Assembly (NCBI GenBank): GCA_963748215.1
Contig: CAVVHS010000006.1
Location: 160,001 to 224,000, forward strand
Origin: an uncultured Gammaproteobacteria bacterium
Lineage (GTDB): Bacteria > Pseudomonadota > Gammaproteobacteria > UBA9214
DNA: 64,000 nucleotides
Direction of reading: 5' to 3'
Under the pieces are notes generated by a model, which was given only the letters and a program-made list of their open reading frames with translations, searched no databases and was not told the origin of the DNA. Position 1 is the first letter of the stretch. Each line of letters opens with the position of its first letter. Made by a program: the position numbers and the translations under genes. Positions 27,539 to 36,676 of the stretch are shown one piece after another.

Positions 27539-29131
27539 ATGACCGGGATCCCCGCAGCGTCCCGCACCCTGATCGCCGCCCTGCAGCAGGCGGACGTATA
27601 CGATCACCCCGTGCAGGCGATCGAGTTGATCGAGACCCATATTTCCTGGGTCATCCTGACCGGCGACTACGTCTACAAGATCAAGAAACCCGTCGATCTC
27701 GGTTTTCTGGATTTCTCCACGCTGGCTAAACGCCATGACTGCTGCACGGAAGAGGTGCGCCTGAATCGCCGCCTGGCGCCGGACCTGTACCTCGGCGTGG
27801 TGGCCATCACCGGCACACCGGAACGACCGCAGCCGGGCGGGACGGGTGCGGTCATCGAGTACGCCGTGCAGATGGCGCAGTTTCCGCAGCAGGCGCAGTT
27901 CGACCGCATGCTGGCGCGCGGCGCGCTGAGGGCGGTGCACATCGATGCCGTGGCGCAGCTGATCGCCGATTTTCACCGCCAGGCAGATGTTGCCGCAGCG
28001 GACACCGCATTCGGTGATCCCGTGACGGTGTTCCGGCCGGTCGAGGAAAATTTCCGGCAGGTACGTGACTGCATCGGACAGGATGCCCCCGCGCTGGAAC
28101 AGCTCGCCGTGCTGGAACAGTGGAGCCGGAAGACCTTTGAGCGGCTGCGCAGCGTGATCGGTTCGCGCAAGGCCGGTGGCTTTGTGCGCGAATGTCACGG
28201 CGACCTGCACCTGCGCAACCTGGCCTGGGTCGATGACCGGCCGCTGGCATTCGACTGCATCGAGTTCAATCCGGCCTTGCGCTGGATCGATGTCATCAGC
28301 GAAGTGGCCTTCCTGGTCATGGACCTGCAGGACCACGAACGGGCGCAGCTGGCACGACGTTTCCTGAATGGTTATCTCGAACGCGGCGGTGATTACGCGG
28401 GTGTGCGCGTGTTGCCGTTCTACCTGGCCTATCGCGCCATGGTGCGCGCGAAGGTAGAGGCGATACGCGTGTCGCAACCGGGAACCGGCGGCGCCGGGCG
28501 GGACGCCGGCCTGGATGCATTTCACGGCTACCTTGAACTGGCGGGTCACTACACGGCGACCAGCCGGCCGGTGCTGCTCGTCACCCGTGGCCTGTCCGCC
28601 TCGGGCAAGACCACGCTGACGCAACCCTTGCTGGAACAGCTCGGTGCCATCCGCATTCGCTCGGACGTGGAGCGCAAGCGCCTGTTCGACCTGCCGGCGC
28701 AGGCCGACGGCCAGGCCGCCGTCGGGCAGGGGATCTACACCCCGGACGCCGGCCGCAGGACCTATGCCCGTCTCGCCGAACTGGCCGGTACCGTGCTGGA
28801 GGCGGGTTTTTCGGTGATCGTCGATGCCGCCTGCCTGAAGACGGACCAGCTGGCGCTGTTCCGCACACTGGCCGACAGGCACGGGGTCGCGTGTGTCATC
28901 CTGGAATTCCATGCCCCCGCTGACGTACTGCGCGCACGTATCGTGCAGCGTAAGAAGGGTGTCTCAGACGCGGACCTTGCCGTCCTGGAGCATCAACTGG
29001 CTAACTGGCAGGCACTGCCGGAATCCGACGCGGCCGGCTGCATCCGCATCGATACACAGGCCGCGTTCGATGCGGCTGTCGTGCAGGCGCGGATCGAGGT
29101 ATTGGGCGCCGTCAGCAGGTCCAGCCTCTAG
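27539..29131 (+). CDS. Bifunctional aminoglycoside-phosphotransferase-like / P-loop kinase protein
   Basis: IETHISWV, YKIKKPV, ECHGDLHL.N, FDCIEFN; C-terminal GLSASGKT, RSDVERKRL, SDAD. Confidence 0.88.
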   Translation: MTGIPAASRTLIAALQQADVYDHPVQAIELIETHISWVILTGDYVYKIKKPVDLGFLDFSTLAKRHDCCTEEVRLNRRLAPDLYLGVVAITGTPERPQPGGTGAVIEYAVQMAQFPQQAQFDRMLARGALRAVHIDAVAQLIADFHRQADVAAADTAFGDPVTVFRPVEENFRQVRDCIGQDAPALEQLAVLEQWSRKTFERLRSVIGSRKAGGFVRECHGDLHLRNLAWVDDRPLAFDCIEFNPALRWIDVISEVAFLVMDLQDHERAQLARRFLNGYLERGGDYAGVRVLPFYLAYRAMVRAKVEAIRVSQPGTGGAGRDAGLDAFHGYLELAGHYTATSRPVLLVTRGLSASGKTTLTQPLLEQLGAIRIRSDVERKRLFDLPAQADGQAAVGQGIYTPDAGRRTYARLAELAGTVLEAGFSVIVDAACLKTDQLALFRTLADRHGVACVILEFHAPADVLRARIVQRKKGVSDADLAVLEHQLANWQALPESDAAGCIRIDTQAAFDAAVVQARIEVLGAVSRSSL

Positions 29132-29361
29132 CCTGCATTACTCGCCGGGCGGCTGTTCCCAAATCGAGTGGGTAGATTGCCGTTACAGGGCCGAATCCAT
29201 TCGACCAACAATCTTGCCATCGGAAGCAATGCGTCTCGTCTGAATTGATGTGTTACCCACTCAATCAGGGGAAGATCCTTACGGGCATAGCCTCTCGACC
29301 CGGGCTATGCCCGTAAAAATGGCTCACCTTCTCCGGGATCCCGGTGAGAAATCCGGGCTAG
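29128..29361. mobile_element. CTAG-ended MITE-like element (family shared with 61316..62000)
   Basis: Ends CTAGCCTGCATTACTCGCCGGG / CCCGGTGAGAAATCCGGGCTAG; both ends match the 61.3-62.0 kb element in reverse orientation. Confidence 0.7.
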
Positions 29362-29666
29362 CCGCCGCGATCATCCAGTTCCGTGGGCTGCCCGAGTGCG
29401 TGCTCGTAGGGATGATTGAGCGGTGTGTCGAGAAACGCCTTGCGGGTTTGCTCGGTTTCAAAATAGACGGTGAGCTTGCCATCCACGATGAACGGATGGC
29501 CCGCTACCGCGCCGATGTCGTGTCCGGTGATCGGATCGATGGTACCGATCATGTGATCCGGCTGATGCAGCAGGTGGCTCTGTTCCTGGTCACGTGGCAG
29601 CGGCGAGGTGGCAACCCAGTTGAGTTCCTCGAACCGCAGGGTATGTGCTGATGTATTGCTATTCAT
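29358..29666 (-). CDS. Hypothetical protein with YHS-like motif
   Basis: GAGGAG RBS; IDPITG...VYFETEQTRKAFLDTP. Confidence 0.6.
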   Translation of the reverse strand: MNSNTSAHTLRFEELNWVATSPLPRDQEQSHLLHQPDHMIGTIDPITGHDIGAVAGHPFIVDGKLTVYFETEQTRKAFLDTPLNHPYEHALGQPTELDDRGG

Positions 29667-29744
29667 GTCGGTAACTCCTCCGCATGTGCGGCGGTGGCTC
29701 GGTGAACACAATGCTCACCGGCTCGGAATGCAAAAACAGGCGCA

Positions 29745-30254
29745 TCAAACGTGCAGGATGTCGAGGTGCCAGCCGACGCCGCCGGGCACCGCACCGGGGT
29801 GATGCCGGTGTACCAGCGATTCCACGTACGATACCTGCTGCACCGGTACGTCGACCATCAGCAGCAGTTCGCCATGATGAATGGCGTCGGTGAACTCCGA
29901 CAGGTGCACATTGGGAATGCGTGCTGTGAACACCACCCCGGCCGCGAACGTGACCAGCATGACTGCGGCGGGTATCAGCAGCGAGGTCCAGTGCACCTGC
30001 AGCAGCAACAGTCCGGCCGCTGCCAGCAGGGCAACGAAGAATATCGCCAGGTTACCGTCCCATAACCAGGTTTCCAGTCGTCCGCCGGTGTCCCTGAGCT
30101 GTTTGGACGTGGCAACCGGCAAATCGCCCGTCTCCATGCCCGGTCTTGTCACCACGTGCATGGTCTTGTAGCGGATGCCGCTGCTCGTCAGGTCATCGAT
30201 CACCGCGCGGGTATGGGCGGCATCGGGTAGCAGAAAATACAAACGACGTTTCAT
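29745..30254 (-). CDS. Hypothetical membrane protein (DUF1269-like)
   Basis: MKRRLYFLLPD, two TM helices, GELLLMVDVP. Confidence 0.7.
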   Translation of the reverse strand: MKRRLYFLLPDAAHTRAVIDDLTSSGIRYKTMHVVTRPGMETGDLPVATSKQLRDTGGRLETWLWDGNLAIFFVALLAAAGLLLLQVHWTSLLIPAAVMLVTFAAGVVFTARIPNVHLSEFTDAIHHGELLLMVDVPVQQVSYVESLVHRHHPGAVPGGVGWHLDILHV

Positions 30255-30286
30255 AATTGACTCCACACCGGTCCGTGTATGGCCGG

Positions 30287-30622
30287 TCACTGCATGTAGG
30301 TTTTCGCTTCCTCACCCGGGTCGGGCAGTCCCGCGATGCGCCAGGCCTCGCGTTCGCTGCGAAACAGACGCTCCAAGCAATGCCTGCCGAGGTGGTGCTG
30401 GTTGCACAGGTGACTGAATGCCGGCGGTGCTGTGCCGAAGCGCCGATAATGTTCACGCAGGGCGTTAATGATCAGCCAGTGATCGTGCGTCAGTTCCGGC
30501 AGGCCGTCGCACTGCGCGAGAACGATGGCGACGTCCTCGGACCAGTCGCGCGGATCATCGAGAAAACCCTCGCTGCCCAGCAGGTCGCCGAGGTGTTCAA
30601 TCGAGTGTGTCATTTCAGCCAT
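30287..30622 (-). CDS. TusE/DsrC-like protein lacking the C-terminal cysteines
   Basis: EGFLDDPRDWSEDVA...ELTHDHWLII..LREHY...LF...AWRIAGLPDPGEEAKTYMQ. Confidence 0.8.
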   Translation of the reverse strand: MAEMTHSIEHLGDLLGSEGFLDDPRDWSEDVAIVLAQCDGLPELTHDHWLIINALREHYRRFGTAPPAFSHLCNQHHLGRHCLERLFRSEREAWRIAGLPDPGEEAKTYMQ

Positions 30623-30870
30623 CGTAATGTCACTGCAGTGCCTTCCACTGGCGTCACGGATGACCGGAAAGGCCTGCCTCCTGGGGTGGGAGCATGCACT
30701 AACACTAGGACATGTCTGCGCTTTGTCAAGGTGGTCCGCGTCGTGCGTCATTCGCGGCAACCCGGCGGATGCCGGTTTTTTAAGACAGCCGTTAAATTCC
30801 AGCCGGTTTAACCCCGTTCGCTGCCGCGCAACGTTTACAGCATGACAAGCCTACCCTCAAGGAGCGTGTC

Positions 30871-32562
30871 ATGACCTGTCTGAACCCAAAACACCTGGTG
30901 TTTTCCGTAACCGTTGTACTGCTGGCCGGCGCCTGCAGTGTCGAGACCGATGGGCGCAACAGCGCGTTCCGTCCAACCGACGTATCGCCGGTGCCTGTGC
31001 CGTCCGTGCCACCCGGGCAGGGTGTGATGCCGGCACGGGAAGACGACATGACCGGCGGCCAGGCGCGGCGCGCGCCGGCCGCACGCATGGCGCAGTTCAG
31101 CAGGCTCAAGGCGCAGCCCGTGCCGGATTTCCGCCAGGCCATGGAGCCGCTCAATCGCGAACACTACGCCCGCTTCAATGACAACCCGTTGCAGCGGGTC
31201 GACGCGCAGCCTTTTTCCACCTTCAGCATCGATGTCGATACCGGCGCCTACAGTAACCTGCGGCGCATGCTCAATGCCGGCAGCAGGCCGGTGCACGATG
31301 CCATTCGTACGGAGGAACTGGTCAACTACTTCAGCTACGACTACCCGCGCCCGGACCGGCGCGGTGCACCGTTCTCCATCACCACCGAGGTCGGTCCGAC
31401 ACCGTGGAATGCCGACACGCAGCTACTGCATATCGGCATCCAGGGCTACGATGTGCCGAAACAGGACTTGCCGGCGGCCAACCTGGTCTTCCTGGTCGAC
31501 GTGTCCGGTTCCATGCGCTCGCCGGACAAACTGGAGCTGCTCAAGTCGGGCCTGAAACTGCTGGCCCGGCAGCTCGACCAGGATGACCGCGTGTCGCTCG
31601 TGGTGTATGCCGGCGCCTCCGGCATCGTGCTGCAGCCGACGCCCGGCGATCAGACGGCAGCCATCACGGCGGCGCTGGATACGCTCACCGCCGGTGGCTC
31701 GACCAACGGCGGTGCCGGCATCCGGCTGGCCTATGCAGTTGCACGCCAGGCATTCATCAAGCATGGCATCAACCGTGTGATCCTGGCCACCGACGGGGAT
31801 TTCAATGTCGGCACCGTCGATTTCGAAATGCTCAAGCAGCTGGTCGCGGAACAGCGCGACAGTGGCATCGGCCTGACGACGCTCGGCTTCGGCAGCGGCA
31901 ACTACAACGACCAGCTGATGGAACAGCTGGCCGATGCCGGCAATGGCAACTACGCCTACATCGATACCCTGGGCGAGGCCGGCAAGGCGCTGGTGGACGA
32001 GCTGTCATCGACCCTGTTCACCATCGCGAAGGACGTCAAGCTCCAGGTCGAGTTCAATCCCGCCACGGTGGCGGAATACCGCCTGATCGGCTACGAAAAC
32101 CGTGCCCTGGCGCGCGAGGATTTCGGCAACGACCGGGTGGACGCCGGTGAAATCGGCGCCGGGCATTCGGTGACGGCCATCTACGAGGTGGCCCTGGCGG
32201 GCAGCGGGGGCGAGCGACTGGGCGCGGGTCGCTATCAGCGCGAGCGCGGCGGCAAGGGCGGCCTGGCAAATGAACTGGCGATGGTGCGCGTGCGTTACAA
32301 GTTGCCGGACAATCCGACGAGTGCGCTGGTCGAGGCGCTGATGCTGAAGTCTGCCATGATCGGCGACATCGCGCAGACCTCCGAACGCTACCGGTTCGCG
32401 GCTGCGGTGGCCGGGTTCGGACAGCTGTTGCGCGGAGGTAAATATACCGGCACGTTCGATTATAGCGACGTGCTCGCACTGGCACGCGGTGCGCGCGGTG
32501 ACGATGCATACGGCTATCGTGGCGAGTTCCTGCAACTGGTGAACCTTGCGGCATCCCTGTAA
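30871..32562 (+). CDS. vWA-domain lipoprotein (YfbK-like)
   Basis: Lipobox-like AGAC; STFSIDVDTGAYSN, NLVFLVDVSGSM (MIDAS), LATDGDFNVG, IAKDVKLQVEFNP, YRLIGYENR. Confidence 0.9.
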   Translation: MTCLNPKHLVFSVTVVLLAGACSVETDGRNSAFRPTDVSPVPVPSVPPGQGVMPAREDDMTGGQARRAPAARMAQFSRLKAQPVPDFRQAMEPLNREHYARFNDNPLQRVDAQPFSTFSIDVDTGAYSNLRRMLNAGSRPVHDAIRTEELVNYFSYDYPRPDRRGAPFSITTEVGPTPWNADTQLLHIGIQGYDVPKQDLPAANLVFLVDVSGSMRSPDKLELLKSGLKLLARQLDQDDRVSLVVYAGASGIVLQPTPGDQTAAITAALDTLTAGGSTNGGAGIRLAYAVARQAFIKHGINRVILATDGDFNVGTVDFEMLKQLVAEQRDSGIGLTTLGFGSGNYNDQLMEQLADAGNGNYAYIDTLGEAGKALVDELSSTLFTIAKDVKLQVEFNPATVAEYRLIGYENRALAREDFGNDRVDAGEIGAGHSVTAIYEVALAGSGGERLGAGRYQRERGGKGGLANELAMVRVRYKLPDNPTSALVEALMLKSAMIGDIAQTSERYRFAAAVAGFGQLLRGGKYTGTFDYSDVLALARGARGDDAYGYRGEFLQLVNLAASL

Positions 32563-32603
32563 GCTTGCACGACGACCGGCGAGCGGTATGACAGGGGGCA
32601 TGC

Positions 32604-33185
32604 ATGAGCGGTGATATTCCGGCGGCGGGCAGCGACGAAGATCTCATGCTGCGCTACGGCCGGGGCGACCTCGAAGCGTTTCACAGTCTCTACAATCGAC
32701 ACCGTGCCGGCCTGTACCGCTATTTCCTGCGCCAGACCGGTGCCGGCATGGCCGAGGAACTTTTCCAGGACGTATGGGCCAGCGTGATCCAGTCACGCCG
32801 GCGCTACCGTCCGACTGCCGGCTTCCGTACCTGGCTGTACACCCTGGCGCGAAACCGCCTGATCGATTACTGGCGTGCCCGGGGTCGGTTGCCGGCCATG
32901 GATGACAGCGTGGATGACGACTGTCTGCTGGATACGGCCGGCGCGCGGGCCGGACCGCTGCAGCTCGCCGGCCTGCGTGACTGTATCGAGTATTTGCTGG
33001 CGCAGGTGGCGGCGCTGCCGAATGCGCAACGCGAAACCTTTCTGCTGTGCCACGAGGGCGGCCTGTCACTGGCGCAGATTGCCGCGGCCATGAAGACCGG
33101 CACCGAAACGGCGAAGAGCCGTTTGCGTTATGCCATGGACCGGTTACGCATGGCGCTGCCGGAAGAATGCCTGGAAGAGGTTTGA
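32604..33185 (+). CDS. ECF RNA polymerase sigma factor
   Basis: DEDLMLRY, AEELFQDVW, FRTWLYTLARNRLIDYWR, TAKSRLRYAM. Confidence 0.92.
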   Translation: MSGDIPAAGSDEDLMLRYGRGDLEAFHSLYNRHRAGLYRYFLRQTGAGMAEELFQDVWASVIQSRRRYRPTAGFRTWLYTLARNRLIDYWRARGRLPAMDDSVDDDCLLDTAGARAGPLQLAGLRDCIEYLLAQVAALPNAQRETFLLCHEGGLSLAQIAAAMKTGTETAKSRLRYAMDRLRMALPEECLEEV

Positions 33186-33190
33186 TCCCG

Positions 33191-34186
33191 ATGGATGAAC
33201 GTGACGACAGTCTTGCCCGGTTGTACCGACGCTCCTCACGCGAGGAGCCGCCGGCGCAGGTTGATCTTGCCGTTATGGAAATGGCGAGACGGGCGTCCCG
33301 GCGTGCGCCGTGGTCGCCGTTCGGCAATCACTGGCTGGCCACCGGGGCGGTGGCCGCCGTGGCGCTGGTCAGCGTGGTACTGGTGGTGTTCATGCAGGAG
33401 CAGTCCAGCCTGACGGCGCTGCCCGAAGCAGCGCGGGACAGCGTTGCGCTGCGCGTACCGGAGGCGGGCCGGGAACAGGCACTGGATGACGGTTCCATCC
33501 GGCTGCCGCTTCCGCCCCCCGGCAAGCAGATGGACAGCGAAGCGGCGCTTGCCGACAAGGCCCCGGCCGGGATGAAACGGGAGCAGGCGGAGTTACCCGC
33601 GGCGCAACCCGCAGACGCACCGGCGTCGCAACCTGGCGCTGCCGGGGCGCAGCAGCCACGCGAGTCGGGACCGCCGCAACCGCGTTTCGATTTCTACAAG
33701 TCCTCGCCGGAGATGCAGGTCGTCGTGCCGGCACCGGCTCCGGCACCGGCTCCGGCGGCAGTCACGCCGTCGCAGCCGTCGCCGCCGGCTGCGACGATGG
33801 CTGCCCCCGAACCACCGGCCGGGACGCCAGAGGAGCTGGACTCGCAAGCACCCGCGGCCCCGGCCGGCGTACCCGCGCCGGCAACCGTCGCGGCGCCGTC
33901 CGCCGAGCTTGCCGCTGCGACAGTGGTCGGCTCGCCTGCGGCGCCGCCGGCCGGCTACTATCTGCAGGTCGGTGCGTTTCGTGCCGCGGACTCCGCGGCA
34001 CGATTCAGGACCCGCCTCGAGGCGCTGCAGCTGCCGGCCAGCGTCGAGGCCATCGAACTCGCCAACCGGGAGACCTGGCACCGCGTCCGGGTCGGGCCCT
34101 ACCCGGACATGGCGGCCACGGAAGCGGTGCGTTCCAGGCTGAAGGCGCAGGGGATCGACAGTCTGCTGGTGAAGCCCGCCGAGTGA
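33191..34186 (+). CDS. Putative anti-sigma membrane protein with Pro/Ala linker and C-terminal SPOR domain
   Basis: LARLYR...EEPPAQVDLAV, one TM, PRFDFYK..PEMQVVVP, YYLQVGAFR...WHRVRVGPY. Confidence 0.75.
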   Translation: MDERDDSLARLYRRSSREEPPAQVDLAVMEMARRASRRAPWSPFGNHWLATGAVAAVALVSVVLVVFMQEQSSLTALPEAARDSVALRVPEAGREQALDDGSIRLPLPPPGKQMDSEAALADKAPAGMKREQAELPAAQPADAPASQPGAAGAQQPRESGPPQPRFDFYKSSPEMQVVVPAPAPAPAPAAVTPSQPSPPAATMAAPEPPAGTPEELDSQAPAAPAGVPAPATVAAPSAELAAATVVGSPAAPPAGYYLQVGAFRAADSAARFRTRLEALQLPASVEAIELANRETWHRVRVGPYPDMAATEAVRSRLKAQGIDSLLVKPAE

Positions 34187-34300
34187 CGCGGGTCTGCGGC
34201 AGGCCGCCATGTCATGGTCGTGTCTTTCGCTGATCGTATGTATAAAAGTGTAAGATATCGCGCACTCCCACACGCTTTTCCTGCGAAACGTTATTAAGAT

Positions 34301-34318
34301 ATTGACTTTAAAGTCAAT
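34301..34318. promoter_or_regulatory. Perfect 18-bp palindrome upstream of the SARP regulator
   Basis: ATTGACTTT-AAAGTCAAT in an AT-rich intergenic region. Confidence 0.5.
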
Positions 34319-34485
34319 TACTATGCTATGCATCCCGGGCACTGTGTCAGAAATGTCATGATAATTGACAGTCTCGGGCGGCGGCTGGTTGGTTTGCGGC
34401 CATTAAAAATCGGTATTTCAACGACATAACAACGGTGGCGTAATTATTGCAGTAAATGTCTTGTTAGGCAGTCGCTTGGCAGGTA

Positions 34486-35334
34486 ATGGACAGACAGCAT
34501 TCATCGGGTATAACAGCGCCAGCAGAGAATTCCGTGCTGGTCCGCGAGCCGTCTGACGCGGCTGGCATGCCTCTTCGCGTCTATACCCTGGGACGTTTCT
34601 CGCTGGTCAGGGATGGCCTGCCACTGCGCTATACCCGCAAGGCGCCAAGTAAACCGCTCCTGCTGCTGAAGGTACTGCTTGCCTGCGGTGGCCGTCAGGT
34701 CGGCGCTGGCAACATCGCCGCCACCCTCTGGCCCGACAAGGACGGCGACCTGGCCCAGCAATCTTTCGAAATCACCCTGCATCGGTTGCGCAAGTATCTC
34801 GGTGACGACGGGTTCCTGCTGCTGGAGGACGGCCGCCTGACCCTCAACAGCGCGAAGGTCTGGGTTGATGCCTGGGAATTCGAGCGGCACCTGTCCGAGC
34901 TGCGCCGGTTGATGCGCGGTCAGGGTAACAACCATTCCATGCGGATCAACCAGCTGGCAGACCGCGTACTGTGGATCTACCAGGGACACTTCCTGTCACG
35001 CGACGACACGGTATGCTGGATGGTGTCGATGCAGGAGCGGTTGCGCAGCAAGTATACCCACTGCCTGGTCGATCTCGGCAATTACTGGGAGTCCCGGGGT
35101 CTGCCGGAGCAGGCCGCGTGTTGCTACCGGAAGGGTATCGTGGTCGACGACCTGATCGAGACGTTTTACCAGCGCCTGATGGTCTGTTTCCTGCGCACCG
35201 GCAGGGAGCCGGATGCGATCGCGACTTACCGCCAGTGCCGGCAGGTGCTGTCTGTCATCCTTGGCCTGCAGCCTACCGATTACACCACGCAGATCTACCA
35301 CTCCGCACTCGCACGCTGCGCAAAGCGCGCCTGA
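34486..35334 (+). CDS. SARP-type transcriptional regulator (winged HTH + BTAD)
   Basis: LRVYTLGRFSL, LWPD..GD.A, TLHRLRK.LG, VWVDAWEFE, YQGHFL, E.FYQRLM..., LGLQP. Confidence 0.85.
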   Translation: MDRQHSSGITAPAENSVLVREPSDAAGMPLRVYTLGRFSLVRDGLPLRYTRKAPSKPLLLLKVLLACGGRQVGAGNIAATLWPDKDGDLAQQSFEITLHRLRKYLGDDGFLLLEDGRLTLNSAKVWVDAWEFERHLSELRRLMRGQGNNHSMRINQLADRVLWIYQGHFLSRDDTVCWMVSMQERLRSKYTHCLVDLGNYWESRGLPEQAACCYRKGIVVDDLIETFYQRLMVCFLRTGREPDAIATYRQCRQVLSVILGLQPTDYTTQIYHSALARCAKRA

Positions 35335-35464
35335 CTTCCGGGAAAGACTCACCGCCGGCGCATTCGTGTCCGGTTCACCTGTTGTTGATCACGCCTGTTG
35401 AGCCACGGGCAGGTCTGTACCGAGCGTAGACATATTCCATCCTGCGCAGCTATGAAATTCTCGA

Positions 35465-35484
35465 ATCTGTAAGTTATCTGTAAG
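35465..35484 (+). promoter_or_regulatory. Direct repeat with 11-bp period, putative SARP binding site
   Basis: ATCTGTAAG-TT-ATCTGTAAG about 70 bp upstream of the small ORF. Confidence 0.55.
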
Positions 35485-35552
35485 CCGGTGTCGGTTAGTG
35501 TGGATCTCAACAACAGCAAGACCGCTGTAACACACTAATAACTGGCATAGCT

Positions 35553-35792
35553 ATGGATTGCTTCATCATACGGGTTTATCGCCACATCACTCCGGAACAC
35601 GGCAAGCCGGACGAGATTGCCGGCCTGGTGGAGCGCGTTGGTCGACAGGACAACGGCAAGCCCTTTTCAGGATATAGATCCCTGGTAGATGTCCTGCGTA
35701 GGGAATATATGGCTGATTCTGACAATTCGCCAGATTATTCCGAACTGCCGGTGAGCAGAATTCAGGTTGTGCATACCGGTAAGAACCGATAG
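35553..35792 (+). CDS. Small hypothetical protein (79 aa)
   Basis: MDCFIIRVYR...IAGLVERVG...PF..Y.SL..VL; lies between the SARP gene and the VPLPA-CTERM gene. Confidence 0.65.
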   Translation: MDCFIIRVYRHITPEHGKPDEIAGLVERVGRQDNGKPFSGYRSLVDVLRREYMADSDNSPDYSELPVSRIQVVHTGKNR

Positions 35793-35846
35793 CCGGCGTG
35801 GTCAGCAAACATCGAGAATAGCTATTTTGGGGGAGTGCCTGTCACT

Positions 35847-36665
35847 ATGAATTCTAAAAACACACGTTCACTGTTTGTTTCATTATTTCTGCTGGTTATA
35901 TCGTCAGAGTCGCTGGCTACGACTCTTAGCTATGTACTGGATCAGTCCAATGCGCTGCCTGACAATGTTGACTACCTCACGGTAACCATATCGGACGACG
36001 TTGAAGGCCAGCTCGATTTCTGGGTGGATGTCCGGTCACCGTTGACAGACATTGCCGGTAAAAACTTCGGGATCCAGAAATTTGCCTTCAATGTCGGTGG
36101 TGACATCGTGCCGGGCAATTACGGGCATCATCGTAGGGATACTCATCGACAGAACTGGTGGGGCGACGACGGGCGTCATCATAGGGACAGGCGGGAAGGC
36201 CATGGGGATTCTGCACGCAAAGATCGCAGGCATTCAGACAGGGAGTCCTGCTTGCTGGACACCTTGCTGGCGGCCGAGGATTTTATCCTGCCAGATGGCT
36301 GGAATGTAAAGTTTGGCAAAAACAGGTCGCATGGCGGTGACGGCTTTAACGTGCGCCTGCTGGGCAACGGCAGCAACCGTCAGGACCCGCTGCATTTTTC
36401 CGTACTCGGCCTTGAGCTTGAAAACGTGCTTGCCGGATTTTCCGCTTATGTCGCCGGCTTTGAATACATCAGCGGCGATTGTGGTCACGGCAACGGCGGT
36501 CATAAAGACAGGCATGCGGGTGGCTGCAGACGACGTATCACCAGCGCCTACTTCTTTGGTGATCGTCCCATAGTCGTGCCGCTGCCTGCCACGGTCTGGC
36601 TGCTGGGTAGCGGGCTGCTCGGTTTCGTCGGTGTGGCGCAGCGCCGCAGGGTTAACAGGTTTTAG
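35847..36665 (+). CDS. Secreted VPLPA-CTERM (PEP-CTERM-like) sorting-domain protein with His/Arg/Asp-rich inserts
   Basis: Signal peptide; C-terminal VPLPATVWLLGSGLLGFVGVAQRRR. Confidence 0.85.
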   Translation: MNSKNTRSLFVSLFLLVISSESLATTLSYVLDQSNALPDNVDYLTVTISDDVEGQLDFWVDVRSPLTDIAGKNFGIQKFAFNVGGDIVPGNYGHHRRDTHRQNWWGDDGRHHRDRREGHGDSARKDRRHSDRESCLLDTLLAAEDFILPDGWNVKFGKNRSHGGDGFNVRLLGNGSNRQDPLHFSVLGLELENVLAGFSAYVAGFEYISGDCGHGNGGHKDRHAGGCRRRITSAYFFGDRPIVVPLPATVWLLGSGLLGFVGVAQRRRVNRF

Positions 36666-36676
36666 GTTTTATCCGA

